Part shown: one piece after another, positions 27,132-38,478 of the stretch
Layout: each line of letters begins with the position of its first letter
How positions within the stretch are numbered: position 1 is the first letter of the stretch
Assembly: GCA_964483475.1 (NCBI GenBank)
Contig: CAZAAH010000003.1
Coordinates: 142-64,141, forward strand
Origin: an uncultured Candidatus Saccharibacteria bacterium
Lineage (GTDB): Bacteria; Patescibacteriota; Minisyncoccia; Minisyncoccales; Staskawiczbacteraceae
Length of the DNA stretch: 64,000 bases
Direction: 5' to 3'
Program-made: the position numbers and the translations under genes
Notes under the pieces: model-generated
The model's database searches: none
What the model was told of the DNA's origin: nothing
What the model saw: the letters and a program-made list of their open reading frames with translations, nothing else

Positions 27132-27548
27132 TTACATTTCTCGTTTAACAAATTTTGTCCTAATCGGCAGTTTCCTGGCGGCTCCTTCGAGGGCTTCTTT
27201 GGCAACATCTTCTTTTAAGCCATCAATTTCAAAAATAATCCTGCCAGGCCTTACGGCAAAAACATAATGGTCAACCGATCCCTTGCCTCCCCCCAATGGC
27301 ACTTCCTCTCCCTTTGAGGTTACCGGTTTGTCAGGAAAAATCCGTACCCACACCTTTCCGCCCTTTTTCATATACCTGATTATAAAACGCCTGGCCGCTT
27401 CAATTTGCCGAGCTGTTATCCATTTTGTTCCCATTGATTTTAACCCAAAGCTGCCGAAATTCAATTCCGTTGCCCTTGTTTCAATTCCTTTCGATCGTCC
27501 CTTGAACCACTTCCGGTGCTTTACTTTTTTTGGCATTAATAAACTCAT
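27132..27548 (-). CDS. rplP: 50S ribosomal protein L16
   Basis: QIEAAR, WVRIFPDKP, GGGKG. Confidence 0.98.
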   Translation of the reverse strand: MSLLMPKKVKHRKWFKGRSKGIETRATELNFGSFGLKSMGTKWITARQIEAARRFIIRYMKKGGKVWVRIFPDKPVTSKGEEVPLGGGKGSVDHYVFAVRPGRIIFEIDGLKEDVAKEALEGAARKLPIRTKFVKREM

Positions 27549-27553
27549 ATATA

Positions 27554-28210
27554 TTATTCAAATTTTTCTCCTTTATATATCCAAACCTTTACGCCGATAA
27601 CTCCGTAGGTACAGTAGGCCTCTGTTTTGGCGTAGTCAATATCCGACCTCATGGTTTGCAGTGGCATCCTGCCTTGTTTTAACCATTCTTTCCTGGCAAT
27701 TTCAATACCATTCAATCTTCCGGCAACCTCCATTTTAACTCCCTTAATTTCTTTATTTTGCATGACCCTCTCCATTGACCTTTTTAAAATTTGCCTAAAC
27801 GGAACCCTTTTTTCAATCTGTTTTGCGGCCGATTGGGCAACCAGCATAGCCGAAGTCCAGGGATTTTTCACTTCTTTTACATCTATTTTTATTTCTCTTG
27901 CTGAAATAGACTTTTTGGTATTTTTTCTTATATTTTTTTCTATCATTTTTTTCAAAGCTTCTACGCCTTGCCCGCCTCTTCCTATAATTAATCCTGGCCT
28001 GGCCGTTTCAATAATAATATTTAACTTATTATCAGAATGTTCTATTTGAATATTAGCAATTGAAGCTTCAGAAAATTTATCTTCCAAAAAATCTTTAACC
28101 AAAAAATCTTCCTCTAAATATTGGGGCATTTTTTTTCCATAAAAACCACGGATGTTGAAATCCTCCATTCTCCTTATTCTAAATGCTTTTGGGTGAACTT
28201 TGTGGGTCAT
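27554..28210 (-). CDS. rpsC: 30S ribosomal protein S3
   Basis: KVHP, RPGLIIGR.G, GVKVWIYKG. Confidence 0.98.
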   Translation of the reverse strand: MTHKVHPKAFRIRRMEDFNIRGFYGKKMPQYLEEDFLVKDFLEDKFSEASIANIQIEHSDNKLNIIIETARPGLIIGRGGQGVEALKKMIEKNIRKNTKKSISAREIKIDVKEVKNPWTSAMLVAQSAAKQIEKRVPFRQILKRSMERVMQNKEIKGVKMEVAGRLNGIEIARKEWLKQGRMPLQTMRSDIDYAKTEAYCTYGVIGVKVWIYKGEKFE

Positions 28211-28232
28211 ACGATAATTTAAGTTTTAAGAT

Positions 28233-28676
28233 TTATGATTTAAGATTTTTTTTTGATTTTGGTTTTTTGGGTTTCATCGGTGGCTGTGGTTTTTCCTGAT
28301 CAGCTTCAAGTACGGGTTTTTTGGTTTTTGGTTTTGCGCCTGCTGTCTCATCACTCAATACTAGGGTAATATGCGACGTCCTTTTCATAATCGGATAGGC
28401 CCTACCCCGGGACATCATGTGGATTCTTTTTAACTTAGGGCCTTCGTCAACCGTAATTTTAGAAATATACAAATCAGATTCTTTCAATTTTAAATCATTC
28501 AATGCCGAAGCCACGGCGCTATTTAAAAGTTTTAAAACCGATTCAGAGGCTCTTTTAACCGTAAACTCAAGAGCAGCCCGAGCTTGGGGAATATTCTTCC
28601 CTCTTACCAAATCAACAACTTCTCTTGACTTCCTTGGCGCGATTCTTAAATTGTTTAATTCAACTTTAACTTCCAT
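28233..28676 (-). CDS. rplV: 50S ribosomal protein L22
   Basis: RIAPRK, VDEGP.LKR, KRTSHIT. Confidence 0.97.
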   Translation of the reverse strand: MEVKVELNNLRIAPRKSREVVDLVRGKNIPQARAALEFTVKRASESVLKLLNSAVASALNDLKLKESDLYISKITVDEGPKLKRIHMMSRGRAYPIMKRTSHITLVLSDETAGAKPKTKKPVLEADQEKPQPPMKPKKPKSKKNLKS

Positions 28677-28692
28677 AATTTAGTAGCCTTAA

Positions 28693-29028
28693 TCATTTTT
28701 TATCTGTTTTTGCCGATTCCTCTATTTTGGTGGTTTCCCTTTGCTGAGCTCCTGCCTCAATCTCCCTTTGCATCTTTCCACCGTGTCTTACAAACTTAGT
28801 TGTAGGAGCGAATTCTCCCAACTTGTGGCCAACCATATCTTCTGCAACGTAAACAGGAATAAAATCCTTTCCATTGTGAACTCCAAAAGTAAATCCTACC
28901 ATTTCTGGCGAAATACTCGAAGCCCTTGCCCATGTTTTAATGACAATTTTTTCTTCCTTTCTTAATTTCAAAATCTTTTCTAGTAACCTTTGGTCCACAT
29001 AAGGGCCCTTTTTTAAACTTCTGCTCAT
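28693..29028 (-). CDS. rpsS: 30S ribosomal protein S19
   Basis: [19 protein letters not shown]. Confidence 0.98.
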   Translation of the reverse strand: MSRSLKKGPYVDQRLLEKILKLRKEEKIVIKTWARASSISPEMVGFTFGVHNGKDFIPVYVAEDMVGHKLGEFAPTTKFVRHGGKMQREIEAGAQQRETTKIEESAKTDKK

Positions 29029-29056
29029 GTTATTATTCTATTTTCTATTTACTATT

Positions 29057-29887
29057 TTATTTTTTCTTTCTCCTGCTAATAATAAACTTATTTGTCCATT
29101 TTTTTCTGTTTCTTGTTTTGACTCCCAAAGCCGGCCTTCCCCAAGGAGTTTTGGGATGTTTCAAACCAATCGGCTGCCTGCCTTCGCCTCCCCCATGGGG
29201 ATGGTCAACTGGATTCATTGCTGATCCCCTCACGTGCGGCCGCCTGCCTTTGTGCCTGGACTTTCCAGCTTTTCCAACCGTATAAAATCTATTTTCAGGA
29301 TTTGAAACAATTCCAATTGAAGCAAAGCATTCACCATTAACCTTTCTTATTTCGGTTGAGGGCATTTTCAAATTAACAAATCCATTTTCCTGGGCCAAAA
29401 CCTGAGCTGAAGAACCAGCAGACCTGACCAATTTTCCTCCCTTGCCTGGCTGTAATTCAACATTATAAATATTGGTTCCAACTGGAATATTTTTTAGCAT
29501 CATTCTGTTGCCAGTTTGCAAAGGAGCTTTCTCTGAAAAAACAATACTATCACCTACTTTCAAGCCCCCTGGGGCAATAATATATTGCTTTGACTTGTCC
29601 AAATATTCAATCAAAGCAATAAATGCTGTCCTGTTTGGATCGTATTCCAAAGCAATAACTTTTGCTGGCGCTTCAATTCTTGTTTGAGCAAATTCTATAA
29701 TCCTATACAGTTTTCTTGTGCCTCCGCCTTTGTGCCTAACCGTAATTCTGCCAGATTGCGGAGACCTACCAACATTTCTCTTAATGCTTTTCACAAGCCT
29801 TTTTTCTGGCCTTTTTTTGGTAAGTAAAGAAAAATCAATTCCTGTCATTCCTCTTCTGGCTGGCGTTGTTGGTTTGTAAACTTTCAT
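29057..29887 (-). CDS. rplB: 50S ribosomal protein L2
   Basis: EYDPNR, MNPVDHPHGGGEG. Confidence 0.99.
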   Translation of the reverse strand: MKVYKPTTPARRGMTGIDFSLLTKKRPEKRLVKSIKRNVGRSPQSGRITVRHKGGGTRKLYRIIEFAQTRIEAPAKVIALEYDPNRTAFIALIEYLDKSKQYIIAPGGLKVGDSIVFSEKAPLQTGNRMMLKNIPVGTNIYNVELQPGKGGKLVRSAGSSAQVLAQENGFVNLKMPSTEIRKVNGECFASIGIVSNPENRFYTVGKAGKSRHKGRRPHVRGSAMNPVDHPHGGGEGRQPIGLKHPKTPWGRPALGVKTRNRKKWTNKFIISRRKKK

Positions 29888-29890
29888 AAA

Positions 29891-30304
29891 TTAGTATAAT
29901 TCAATCTTCTGTCCTTCCTTAATGGTTACGATTGCTTTGTTATAACCTTTTTTAAAGCCTTGCGACCTTCCAATGATCCTTTTCTTTTTTGGAATTTTTA
30001 TCACATTTACCGATAAAACATCAACCCCATAAATTCCCTCAACTGATTTTTTAATTTCTGGCTTATTTGAATTACTATAAATTTTAAAAACATATTTGTT
30101 TTGTTGGGATAAATTTGTTGATTTTTCGGAAACATGCGGCTCTTTTATAATTTCATAAGAAAATGAACCTACCTTTTTTTGGCTAACTGGTTTTGGCGCA
30201 GCTAAAGGCTTTTCCGTTTTCTTTTCGGTTTTTTTAACTTCCTGCTTTTTTTCCTTTGCCTTCTCAACTTCTTTTTTTCTTTTTAAAAAATCAAATAAAG
30301 CCAT
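29891..30304 (-). CDS. rplW: 50S ribosomal protein L23 with Lys-rich N-terminal extension
   Basis: PHVSEKS, KPEIK..VE..Y.V, KAIVT. Confidence 0.95.
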   Translation of the reverse strand: MALFDFLKRKKEVEKAKEKKQEVKKTEKKTEKPLAAPKPVSQKKVGSFSYEIIKEPHVSEKSTNLSQQNKYVFKIYSNSNKPEIKKSVEGIYGVDVLSVNVIKIPKKKRIIGRSQGFKKGYNKAIVTIKEGQKIELY

Positions 30305-30315
30305 ATTTTTAGAAT

Positions 30316-30969
30316 TTAGGATTTAGGATTTTGTTTTTCGGACTTTCCGCCAAAGGTGGACTCTATTTCTTTTATGCCGTCCTTTGTCGTTAACAAATAT
30401 TTATAATTTAATAAATCAGTTAAATTTAAATTCCTTGTCTCTGATACTCCTGTCTTAGCAATATTTCTGGCAGCTAAAAAGATATTTTTACCGTTGCTAT
30501 TTAATATCAACCTGCTTCCATCTTTAACTGGAAGTTTTTTAATAATTTCATGCATCGATTTTGTCTTTGGTTTTTCCATTTCTAGCTTATCCAAAACAAC
30601 AATCAAGTTTCCCTTTGCCTTTTGAGAAAGAACCATAAACAAAGCTTTTTTCCTCATTTTTTTGGGAATTTCTTTCTCAAAAATCTTTTCATTTCTCGGC
30701 CCAAAGGTAATTCCTCCGCCCCGCCACAATGGCGACCTTATCGATCCGTGCCTTGCCCTGCCCGTCCCTTTTTGCCTCCATGGCTTCCTACCTCCGCCTC
30801 TCACCTCCCCTCTGTTTTTTGTGTGGGCCGAGGGTTGCCTTTTGTTTGCGGTCTGTGAAATCAAAACTTGATGCACCAAATCAGCGTTTAATGAAACTTC
30901 AAAAATATCTTTGGGAAGCGTTACCGTCCCCGTTTCCTTGCCCTCTTGATTATAGACTGCAACTTTCAT
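30316..30969 (-). CDS. rplD: 50S ribosomal protein L4
   Basis: GGGRKPWRQKGTGRARHGS. Confidence 0.98.
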   Translation of the reverse strand: MKVAVYNQEGKETGTVTLPKDIFEVSLNADLVHQVLISQTANKRQPSAHTKNRGEVRGGGRKPWRQKGTGRARHGSIRSPLWRGGGITFGPRNEKIFEKEIPKKMRKKALFMVLSQKAKGNLIVVLDKLEMEKPKTKSMHEIIKKLPVKDGSRLILNSNGKNIFLAARNIAKTGVSETRNLNLTDLLNYKYLLTTKDGIKEIESTFGGKSEKQNPKS

Positions 30970-30972
30970 AAT

Positions 30973-31563
30973 TTATCCTTTAATTTCAAGAAGTGTTCCT
31001 CTGTGACCAGGGATGGCTCCTTGAACTGCCAAAATATTATTTTCTTTATCAATTTTCACTATTTTCAAATTTTTTACCGTAATCCTATCGTACCCCATTC
31101 GGCCTGGCATTTTTCTTCCTTTTATAACGTGCTGGGGGAATCTTTGGCCAACCGATCCGATTGTCCTTGCCTCGTGTTTCATTCCGTGGCTAGCATTTCT
31201 CCCAGAAAATCCGTGCTTTTTGACTCCACCCTGAAATCCTTTTCCCTTAGAAATTCCAATGACATTTACCTTTTCTCCTTCTTTAAAAATTGAAACATTT
31301 ATTTCCTGGCCAACATCGCCTTCTTTTAAATCACGCGCTTCTTTAATATATTTAAACTCTTTTCCTTTCATGGATTTTTTTATCTTGTTCTTTTTTTCAA
31401 TTTTCAAAAATCCTATTTGAAAAGCATCATATCCTTCTTTTTCTTTGGTTTTTTTCTGCAATACAACGCAAGGGCCTGCTTCAATTAAGGTAACAGGGAC
31501 AACATCTCCTTTTTCATCAAAAACTTGGGACATTTCAATTTTTTTTCCAAGCAAGAATTTCAT
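30973..31563 (-). CDS. rplC: 50S ribosomal protein L3
   Basis: LGKKI.M.Q, SKGKGFQG, KMPGRMG. Confidence 0.98.
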   Translation of the reverse strand: MKFLLGKKIEMSQVFDEKGDVVPVTLIEAGPCVVLQKKTKEKEGYDAFQIGFLKIEKKNKIKKSMKGKEFKYIKEARDLKEGDVGQEINVSIFKEGEKVNVIGISKGKGFQGGVKKHGFSGRNASHGMKHEARTIGSVGQRFPQHVIKGRKMPGRMGYDRITVKNLKIVKIDKENNILAVQGAIPGHRGTLLEIKG

Positions 31564-31687
31564 TGTGTATTTTTTAACAAAAAATTGGGCAGTTGCCCAA
31601 TTTTTTGGTGGCAACGTTGTTATCCTACGAAACTTTAATTAATTAATTCCATAGAAAAGTTAACCGTTGTTTATTTTTTATATTCTA

Positions 31688-32086
31688 TTAAATTTTAATG
31701 GATATGTCAACCCCTGATGGCAAATTTAAATCCCTTAAGGCTTCAATAATTTCCTGATTAGGATTTAAAACGTCAATCATTCTTTTATGAACCCTCATCT
31801 CAAACTGTTCCCTTGCATTCTTATGGACAAAACTAGATCTGTTAACCGTATATTTTATGGTTTCTGTTGGCAAGGGCACCGGCCCAATAACTTCTACTCC
31901 GTAACGATTGGCAATATCAATAATCTGCCTAACCGAGTTATCAATTATTTTATGATCGTAGGCTTTCAATTTTATCCTCAGCTTCAACAATCCGCTTGAT
32001 ACAGATTCCTCCTTTGGAGCAACAGTTTTTTTCTTTCTAATTTTTGGTTCTGATTTCTTAATCATTTTTTCAGCAAAAATCATCAA
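31688..32086 (-). CDS. rpsJ: 30S ribosomal protein S10
   Basis: [22 protein letters not shown]. Confidence 0.97.
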   Translation of the reverse strand: MMIFAEKMIKKSEPKIRKKKTVAPKEESVSSGLLKLRIKLKAYDHKIIDNSVRQIIDIANRYGVEVIGPVPLPTETIKYTVNRSSFVHKNAREQFEMRVHKRMIDVLNPNQEIIEALRDLNLPSGVDISIKI

Positions 32087-32090
32087 GATT

Positions 32091-33284
32091 TTACTTGATG
32101 ATTTTTGTTACGACTCCCGCTCCAACCGTTTTTCCTCCTTCTCTAATGGCAAACTTTTGCTTTTCTTCCAAGGCAACCGGAACAATTAATTTAACTTTAA
32201 AATTGACCGTATCTCCGGGCATTACCATTTCAGTTCCTTCCATTAACGTTACTTCTCCCGTAACATCTGAAGTCCTGATGTAAAGCTGGGGTTTGTAGCC
32301 AGTGAAAAATGGGGTGTGCCTTCCGCCTTCCTCCTTGCTCAAAATATAGACTTCGGCTTCAAACTCGGTGTGGGGAGTAATTGATCCTGGCTTTGCCAAC
32401 ACTTGACCCCTCTCCACATCTTCTTTTTTTAATCCCCTCAGCAAAATTCCAACATTGTCTCCGGCCCTTCCTTCGTCCAACGATTTTTGGAACATTTCCA
32501 CCGAGACCGCTACCGTTTTTTGGGTTGGCCTCAATCCAACAATTTCAACTTCGTCGTTTGAGTGGACAATACCCCGTTCAATTCTTCCGGTTGCAACGGT
32601 TCCTCTGCCTTCAATTGAAAAGACGTCTTCGACTGCCATAATAAAAGGTTTGTCCAGCTCTCTGGTTGGCTCTGGAATATAATTGTCGCAGGCGTCCAGC
32701 AATTCTACAATTGGCTTGGCCGCTGGATCATCTATAGAAGCCGCATTTAAAGCCTTTAAGGCCGATCCTCGGATAATGGGAGTTTCGTCTCCAGGAAAAC
32801 CGTATTTTTTCAAAAGTTCCCTTACCTCTGACTCAACCAAATCCAAAATTTCCGGGTCGTCAACCATATCAACTTTATTCATAAAGACCACCAGCGAAGG
32901 CAATCCAACCTGCCTGGCCAAAAGAATGTGCTCTTTGGTTTGAGGCATTGGGCCGTCGGGAGCAGAAACCAATAAAATTCCGCCATCCATTTGGGCGGCT
33001 CCGGTAATCATGTTTTTAATGTAGTCAGCGTGTCCCGGGCAGTCAATCAAAGCATAATGCCTTTTTCCTGTTTCGGTTTCCAAGTGAGTAATAGAAATCG
33101 TTACCCCTCTGGCTTTTTCCTCCGGGCTTGCATCAATTTTATCAACATCGGCTTCGGTATGCTTAAAACCCCGCAGTCCTGAAATTTTCATGATTGCGGC
33201 CGACAAGGTGGTTTTTCCATGGTCAACGTGGCCAATGGTACCAATGTTTACGTGAGGTTTTGACCTCTCAAATTTTTCTGCCAT
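32091..33284 (-). CDS. tuf: Elongation factor Tu
   Basis: [26 protein letters not shown]. Confidence 0.99.
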   Translation of the reverse strand: MAEKFERSKPHVNIGTIGHVDHGKTTLSAAIMKISGLRGFKHTEADVDKIDASPEEKARGVTISITHLETETGKRHYALIDCPGHADYIKNMITGAAQMDGGILLVSAPDGPMPQTKEHILLARQVGLPSLVVFMNKVDMVDDPEILDLVESEVRELLKKYGFPGDETPIIRGSALKALNAASIDDPAAKPIVELLDACDNYIPEPTRELDKPFIMAVEDVFSIEGRGTVATGRIERGIVHSNDEVEIVGLRPTQKTVAVSVEMFQKSLDEGRAGDNVGILLRGLKKEDVERGQVLAKPGSITPHTEFEAEVYILSKEEGGRHTPFFTGYKPQLYIRTSDVTGEVTLMEGTEMVMPGDTVNFKVKLIVPVALEEKQKFAIREGGKTVGAGVVTKIIK

Positions 33285-33460
33285 TTTTTCTACTTATGAA
33301 CGAAAAAACTTATGAACGAAAAAACATTTTTGTTTTTAGGTTCTTTAGTTTTTTGGTTCTTTGGTTATCTTAAATTAACAACTTTAATGTTATTATATTC
33401 TCTACAAAAAGTCAATGATTTTCAAACAAAAAACGCACTGTACAGCGTTTTGCAAAAAAA

Positions 33461-33700
33461 TTATTCAATCTCCAACGCTTCTTCAAGTTTTTTTACTCGC
33501 GGCCTAAGATCTCCAATATTTTCCAATTTTTCTTCAACATTCTTTAACCTTTCATCAATCGCTTGGACCTGAACTTTAGTTGCTAATTTCTCTATGTCAG
33601 CTTTAGTAGCAGTTTTTTCAAACCCTTTTTGTACCATTGCAGCTAATTGATCAATGGTAATTTTTTTATCTTCCTTATGAGCTTTCATCTTTTTTATCAA
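33461..33700 (-). CDS. Small coiled-coil hypothetical protein (TIDQLA.MV..GF family)
   Basis: Paralogous to 14599-14826. Confidence 0.75.
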   Translation of the reverse strand: MIKKMKAHKEDKKITIDQLAAMVQKGFEKTATKADIEKLATKVQVQAIDERLKNVEEKLENIGDLRPRVKKLEEALEIE

Positions 33701-33821
33701 GCATGTTTTTATTTTATCATCTAGATAATGTGTGTCAAATTTGACAAATATAATTTATAAGAGCAATATTATTTACAAGTCGCTGAAAACTTACCTTACT
33801 TTCGTTGTTAGGAGAAACGCC

Positions 33822-34028
33822 GTGTTGACATCGACACAGAAAAAAGTGATAAGGAAAAACTTATCCAGAATCGAGGGATTGCTAAAGAAACTCAGAAAAG
33901 ATCTTGCGAAAGACATTGTAGATTTGGATTATCTCCTCGATTTATATTGTGCGATGGAACTCCGATCTGTATCCCTGATGGTAATCTACCTTCTCCCGCT
34001 CCAAAAAAGCAAAGGAAAGAAGGTTTAA
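33822..34028 (+). CDS. Hypothetical protein between fusA and tuf
   Basis: RBS AGGAG before GTG; TTGACA at 33741; terminator-like T-run at ~34080. Confidence 0.55.
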   Translation: MLTSTQKKVIRKNLSRIEGLLKKLRKDLAKDIVDLDYLLDLYCAMELRSVSLMVIYLLPLQKSKGKKV

Positions 34029-34099
34029 GTTCAGCTTCTCTGGCCTTTTTGTGGATTTATTTCTGCATCAGGGCTTTTTTCTTACAGTTTTCCTAAACC

Positions 34100-36175
34100 C
34101 TATTTGCGTTTTCCCTCTACAATTTCCATTTCAACGTTCTTGGGAACTGGTTCGTAGCGGTTAAATTCCATCGTAAACGAGGCCCTACCCTCAGTGAGCG
34201 AGCGCAACCCCGTGGCATAGCCAAACATTTCTGATAATGGAACAGAGGCGTCTATCACTTTCATTCCAACCCTCTCTTTTGTTTCTTCAATTTTGCCACG
34301 ACGAGAGCTCAAATCAGAAATAACCTGGCCAAAAAAGTCCGGTGGAACAATCACCTCCGTTTTCATAATCGGTTCCAAAATCGCCACTTTGGCTCTCTTG
34401 GCGGCATCCTGCAAAGCCATTGATCCGGCAATCTTAAAAGCAAATTCAGAAGAGTCAACTTCGTGGAAACTGCCGTCATACAATGTAACTTCAACGTCAA
34501 CCAGCGGATATCCGGCCAAAATTCCCTTGTCCATGGCTTCGACAATTCCTTTTTCGGTGGGCTTGATGAATTCTTTAGGGATGACTCCGCCCTTGATTTC
34601 GTCAATAAATTCAAAGCCAGATCCCCTTTCCTTGGGTTTCACCCGAATCAAAACGTGCCCATACTGTCCTCGGCCGCCCGACTGCCTGATATACTTTCCT
34701 TCGGCCTCGGCCTCGCCCATAATGGTTTCTTTATAAGCAACCTGAGGCCGGCCGAAATTAGCATCAACCTTAAACTCCCGCTTTAATCGGTCAGCAATAA
34801 TTTCCAAATGCAATTCCCCCATGCCAGAAATAATCGTCTCGCCCGTTTCCAAATCTTCTTTGATTTTAAAAGTTGGGTCTTCCTCGGTCAGCTTCCTGAT
34901 GGACATAATCAGTTTTTCCTGGTCAGCCTTGGTTTTTGGCTCAACCCGCATGGAAATGACCGGTTCAGGGAAAGTAATTTTTTCCAAAATAATGGGCTTG
35001 TCTTTATCACACAGGGTGTGGCCGGTGCTCGTGGCTTTCAATCCAACAGTTCCACCAATTTCGCCAGCGTGCAATACATCCATTTCCTGCCGTGAGTCAG
35101 CATGCATCCTCAAAATCCTGGCAATTCTTTCCTGCTCTCCCGTGTTGGCATTCAAAACATAACTTCCCTTGTTCAAAACGCCAGAGTAAATCCTAAAGTA
35201 GGTCAGGGTGCCCACGTAGGGGTCGGCGGCAATTTTAAACACCAGGGCCGAAAACGGCTCCTCATCCGACGCCTTCCTCTCAACTTCTGATCCCGTTTTT
35301 GGGTCGGTTCCCTTGACTGGCGGCAAATCAACGGGCGAAGGCAGGTAATCAACCACCGCATCCAAAATAATCTGGGTGCCTTTGTTTTTTAGGGCCGATC
35401 CGCAAAAGACCGGCACCAATTTAAAAGCCAAAACGGCCTTTCTTAAAGTCGCCATCAGTTCTTCCTTTGAAATTTCCTTACCTTCCAAATGTTTTTCCAG
35501 CAAGACTTCATCCTCGGCCGCAATTTTATCAACCATGATTTTGTTCCACTCTTCGGCTTTTGCCTTAAACTCATCGGGGATTTCTTTTTCAACAACGGTC
35601 TCCCCTTTGTCTCCCTCAAAGTAAATTGCCTTCATTTTCATCAGGTCAATAATGGCCGAAAGATGCTCTTCTTCTCCAATGGGGATGTTCATTGCCACGG
35701 CGTTTGGGGTTAATTTATCCAAAATTGATTGAAAACTTTTTTCAAAGGAAGCGCCCATTCTGTCTAACTTATTGATAAAGCAAACTCTTGGAGTGCCGTA
35801 TTTATCGGCCTGCCTCCAGACGGTTTCCGATTGGGGCTCAACGCCGGCAACCCCGTCAAAAACCACCACCGCCCCGTCCAAAACCCTCAAGGATCGCTGG
35901 ACTTCGGCCGTAAAATCAATGTGGCCTGGGGTATCAATGAGGTTCATCTGGCAGCCTTTCCAATACATGGTCGTGGCGGCCGCCGTAATGGTAATTCCTC
36001 TTTCTCTTTCCTGCACCATCCAATCCATGACCGTATCCCCCTCGTGCACTTCACCGATTTTATGGGAAACTCCCGTGTAAAATAAAAGCCGCTCGGAGAC
36101 CGTTGTCTTCCCAGCATCAATATGAGCAATAATTCCGATGTTTCTAATTTTATCTAAAGGATATTGTCTTGGCAT
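34100..36175 (-). CDS. fusA: Elongation factor G
   Basis: [29 protein letters not shown]. Confidence 0.99.
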   Translation of the reverse strand: MPRQYPLDKIRNIGIIAHIDAGKTTVSERLLFYTGVSHKIGEVHEGDTVMDWMVQERERGITITAAATTMYWKGCQMNLIDTPGHIDFTAEVQRSLRVLDGAVVVFDGVAGVEPQSETVWRQADKYGTPRVCFINKLDRMGASFEKSFQSILDKLTPNAVAMNIPIGEEEHLSAIIDLMKMKAIYFEGDKGETVVEKEIPDEFKAKAEEWNKIMVDKIAAEDEVLLEKHLEGKEISKEELMATLRKAVLAFKLVPVFCGSALKNKGTQIILDAVVDYLPSPVDLPPVKGTDPKTGSEVERKASDEEPFSALVFKIAADPYVGTLTYFRIYSGVLNKGSYVLNANTGEQERIARILRMHADSRQEMDVLHAGEIGGTVGLKATSTGHTLCDKDKPIILEKITFPEPVISMRVEPKTKADQEKLIMSIRKLTEEDPTFKIKEDLETGETIISGMGELHLEIIADRLKREFKVDANFGRPQVAYKETIMGEAEAEGKYIRQSGGRGQYGHVLIRVKPKERGSGFEFIDEIKGGVIPKEFIKPTEKGIVEAMDKGILAGYPLVDVEVTLYDGSFHEVDSSEFAFKIAGSMALQDAAKRAKVAILEPIMKTEVIVPPDFFGQVISDLSSRRGKIEETKERVGMKVIDASVPLSEMFGYATGLRSLTEGRASFTMEFNRYEPVPKNVEMEIVEGKRK

Positions 36176-36271
36176 TTTGTATCTGGAAGCTAGTAGCTGG
36201 AAGCTGGAATCGAATTTTTGAATTCAGAATTCTATATTCTATTCAAACTTCAAGATACAGGATACGAGATT

Positions 36272-36742
36272 CTATCTTTGGCGAGCAAAGTGCGCGAATG
36301 CCTTATTTGCCTCTGCCATTCTGTGGGTGTCGTTTTTCTTTTTGATTGCCGATCCCTCGTTATTTGAGGCGACCAATAATTCTTCGCTTAACTTTTCAGC
36401 CATCGCCTTTCCCTTTTTTGATCTAGCCGCAGACAAAATCCATCTGACCGCCAAAGCAAATTTCCTTTCCTGCCTGACTTCTATGGGAACCTGGTAAGTG
36501 GCTCCCCCGATTCTCTTTGGTTTTACTTCCAAAAGTGGAGAAACATTTTCAATGGCCTTTTTAAAAACTTCCAAGGGTTCCTTTTGGGTTTTATTTTTTA
36601 TCAGATCAAAAGACGAATAAACAATTTTTTGGGCGATTGTCTTTTTTCCTCTTTCCATCACTTTGTTTATCAATTGGGCTACTTGCACATCTTGATAAAC
36701 TCCATCTGGTGAAATTTTATGTTTTTTGTATGCTCGCCTCAT
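36272..36742 (-). CDS. rpsG: 30S ribosomal protein S7
   Basis: [22 protein letters not shown]. Confidence 0.98.
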   Translation of the reverse strand: MRRAYKKHKISPDGVYQDVQVAQLINKVMERGKKTIAQKIVYSSFDLIKNKTQKEPLEVFKKAIENVSPLLEVKPKRIGGATYQVPIEVRQERKFALAVRWILSAARSKKGKAMAEKLSEELLVASNNEGSAIKKKNDTHRMAEANKAFAHFARQR

Positions 36743-36753
36743 GGCTTCGCTTA

Positions 36754-36826
36754 GCTACGAAATACGAATTTTGCACGAATTTACGAAAACGTTTTCGTAT
36801 ATTCGTATATTTTCGTATTTAGTAGC
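36754..36826. repeat. TACGAA-periodic intergenic palindrome
   Basis: GCTACGAAATACGAAT...TTCGTATTTAGTAGC. Confidence 0.85.
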
Positions 36827-36841
36827 CTAATGAAATCTAAA

Positions 36842-37261
36842 TTATGAATTGCTCTTGGGGCGCTTGGTTCCGTATCTCGACCTCCCCTGTTTTCTGTTTT
36901 CAACACCGGTCGTATCCAAAATTCCCCTAACAATGTGATACCTTACTCCTGGCAAATCCTTAACCCTGCCACCCCTGATCAAAACCACCGAGTGCTCCTG
37001 TAAATTATGTCCTTCGCCCGGAATATATGCCGTAACTTCCATGCCATTTGAAAGTTTCACTCTGGCTACTTTTCTCAAAGCCGAATTTGGTTTTCTTGGA
37101 GTTTGGGTAAAAACTTTAATGCAAACCCCTCTTTTAAATGGAGAATGATAATAAGAGGGCCGATTTCTCAAGGCGTTAAAACCAAAAGCCAAGGCAACTG
37201 TTTTCTTGCGCTTTTTCGCCGTTTTCCTGTTTCTTTTAATTAATTGGTGAATGGTAGGCAA
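36842..37261 (-). CDS. rpsL: 30S ribosomal protein S12
   Basis: [20 protein letters not shown]. Confidence 0.99.
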   Translation of the reverse strand: MPTIHQLIKRNRKTAKKRKKTVALAFGFNALRNRPSYYHSPFKRGVCIKVFTQTPRKPNSALRKVARVKLSNGMEVTAYIPGEGHNLQEHSVVLIRGGRVKDLPGVRYHIVRGILDTTGVENRKQGRSRYGTKRPKSNS

Positions 37262-37403
37262 CGAAGTTGAAAGTTTATAAAGTTTGTAAAGTTATAAAGT
37301 TCGTCGGCTTGATGAACTTTATGAACTTGATAACTTTTAACTCAATGAAATAAGCGCCTTTGCGCTCACTGATAAATGTAACAAATATTCTAAGGTGTGT
37401 CAA

Positions 37404-38045
37404 CTACAACCCCGTTATCAGATGGTAAAAAATTTCCATAATTGAACTAATTCCCTGCAAAAATCCAAAGAAAATCAAGAAAATCAAAATGAAAATTCCG
37501 TACTGCTGCAAAAATGTTTTAATCTGTAAAAATCCGTCTGGCACGAAATTAAATAATATCCACGAACCATCCAGCGGAGGCACAGGGATTAAGTTAAACA
37601 GAGCAAGCATTATGTTGGTTTTTATTATGATTTCAAAATAAATTTTTGCTATTGGATAGGCGGTAAAAAAATGATAAGGAATAAATCTCGCAATTATCCC
37701 AAAAAATAAAGCAAGGGCAATATTTGAAAGGGGCCCGGCGGCCGCAACCTTCAAAGATCCCCACTTTTGGTCCCTCAAGTTGTAAGAGTTAACGGGGACC
37801 GGCTTTGCCCAACCAACGATAGGACCAGAAATTCCAGATCTTAAGTAAGAAAAAACCAATATCAAGGGCAACAAAATAGAACCAAAAATATCTAAATGCT
37901 TTAATGGGTTCAAAGTTAACCTGCCAGCATATTTTGCCGTGGGGTCTCCCAGTGAATTAGCAACACTTCCATGAGCCAACTCGTGAATAATAACCGAAAA
38001 AAGCAAAACAACTAAATAAAAAATTGTAATAGTTATGTCAACCAT
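37404..38045 (-). CDS. Site-2 protease (M50) family protein
   Basis: HELAH, GWAKPVP, FNLIPVPPLDG. Confidence 0.95.
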   Translation of the reverse strand: MVDITITIFYLVVLLFSVIIHELAHGSVANSLGDPTAKYAGRLTLNPLKHLDIFGSILLPLILVFSYLRSGISGPIVGWAKPVPVNSYNLRDQKWGSLKVAAAGPLSNIALALFFGIIARFIPYHFFTAYPIAKIYFEIIIKTNIMLALFNLIPVPPLDGSWILFNFVPDGFLQIKTFLQQYGIFILIFLIFFGFLQGISSIMEIFYHLITGL

Positions 38046-38166
38046 TAACTATTTATAACAGGTATTGTAAAATAATGGAAGAACTGATATAAGTGTAGTT
38101 ATAAAGTTTAAAGTTATAAAGTTTATAAAGTCTAAAGAAATTTTTAATTTTAAGGTTTCAATTTTT

Positions 38167-38352
38167 ATGGAAAAAGTTTGTTCTATTTGCGGCAAAAAAT
38201 CAGAGATGGGAGGATATTTGGTAAAACTCCGAGGAAAATTCAACCCAACGAAAAAGAAAAGGAGATACCCAAATCTTCAATGGACTAGGCTTGCTTCTGG
38301 CAAGAGGGTTTTAGCTTGTACAAAGTGTATAAAATCTTTTTCTAAAATATAA
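38167..38352 (+). CDS. rpmB: 50S ribosomal protein L28
   Basis: CSICGK...RRYPNLQ...CTKCIK. Confidence 0.9.
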   Translation: MEKVCSICGKKSEMGGYLVKLRGKFNPTKKKRRYPNLQWTRLASGKRVLACTKCIKSFSKI

Positions 38353-38355
38353 ATT

Positions 38356-38429
38356 CGGGCTGGAGTATGCCGGTAGTACGCGCCCATGGGGTGGGTGTAG
38401 ACTGGGTTCGATTCCCAGCAGCCCGACCA
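38356..38429 (+). tRNA. tRNA-Pro(GGG), CCA encoded
   Basis: CGGGCTG/CAGCCCG acceptor, loop ATGGGGT, GGTTCGATTCC. Confidence 0.93.
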
Positions 38430-38434
38430 AAAAC

Positions 38435-38461
38435 AAAAAAGCGCCAATTGGCGCTTTTTTG
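38435..38461. terminator. Bidirectional terminator
   Basis: AAAAAAGCGCCAATTGGCGCTTTTTT. Confidence 0.7.
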
Positions 38462-38478
38462 TTTTTGAAAATTTAAAA

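Noticed and set aside
33822-34028. CsoR/RcnR-like regulator (LSRIEG)
   Set aside because: Only a short motif matches; the metal-binding Cys/His pattern is absent.
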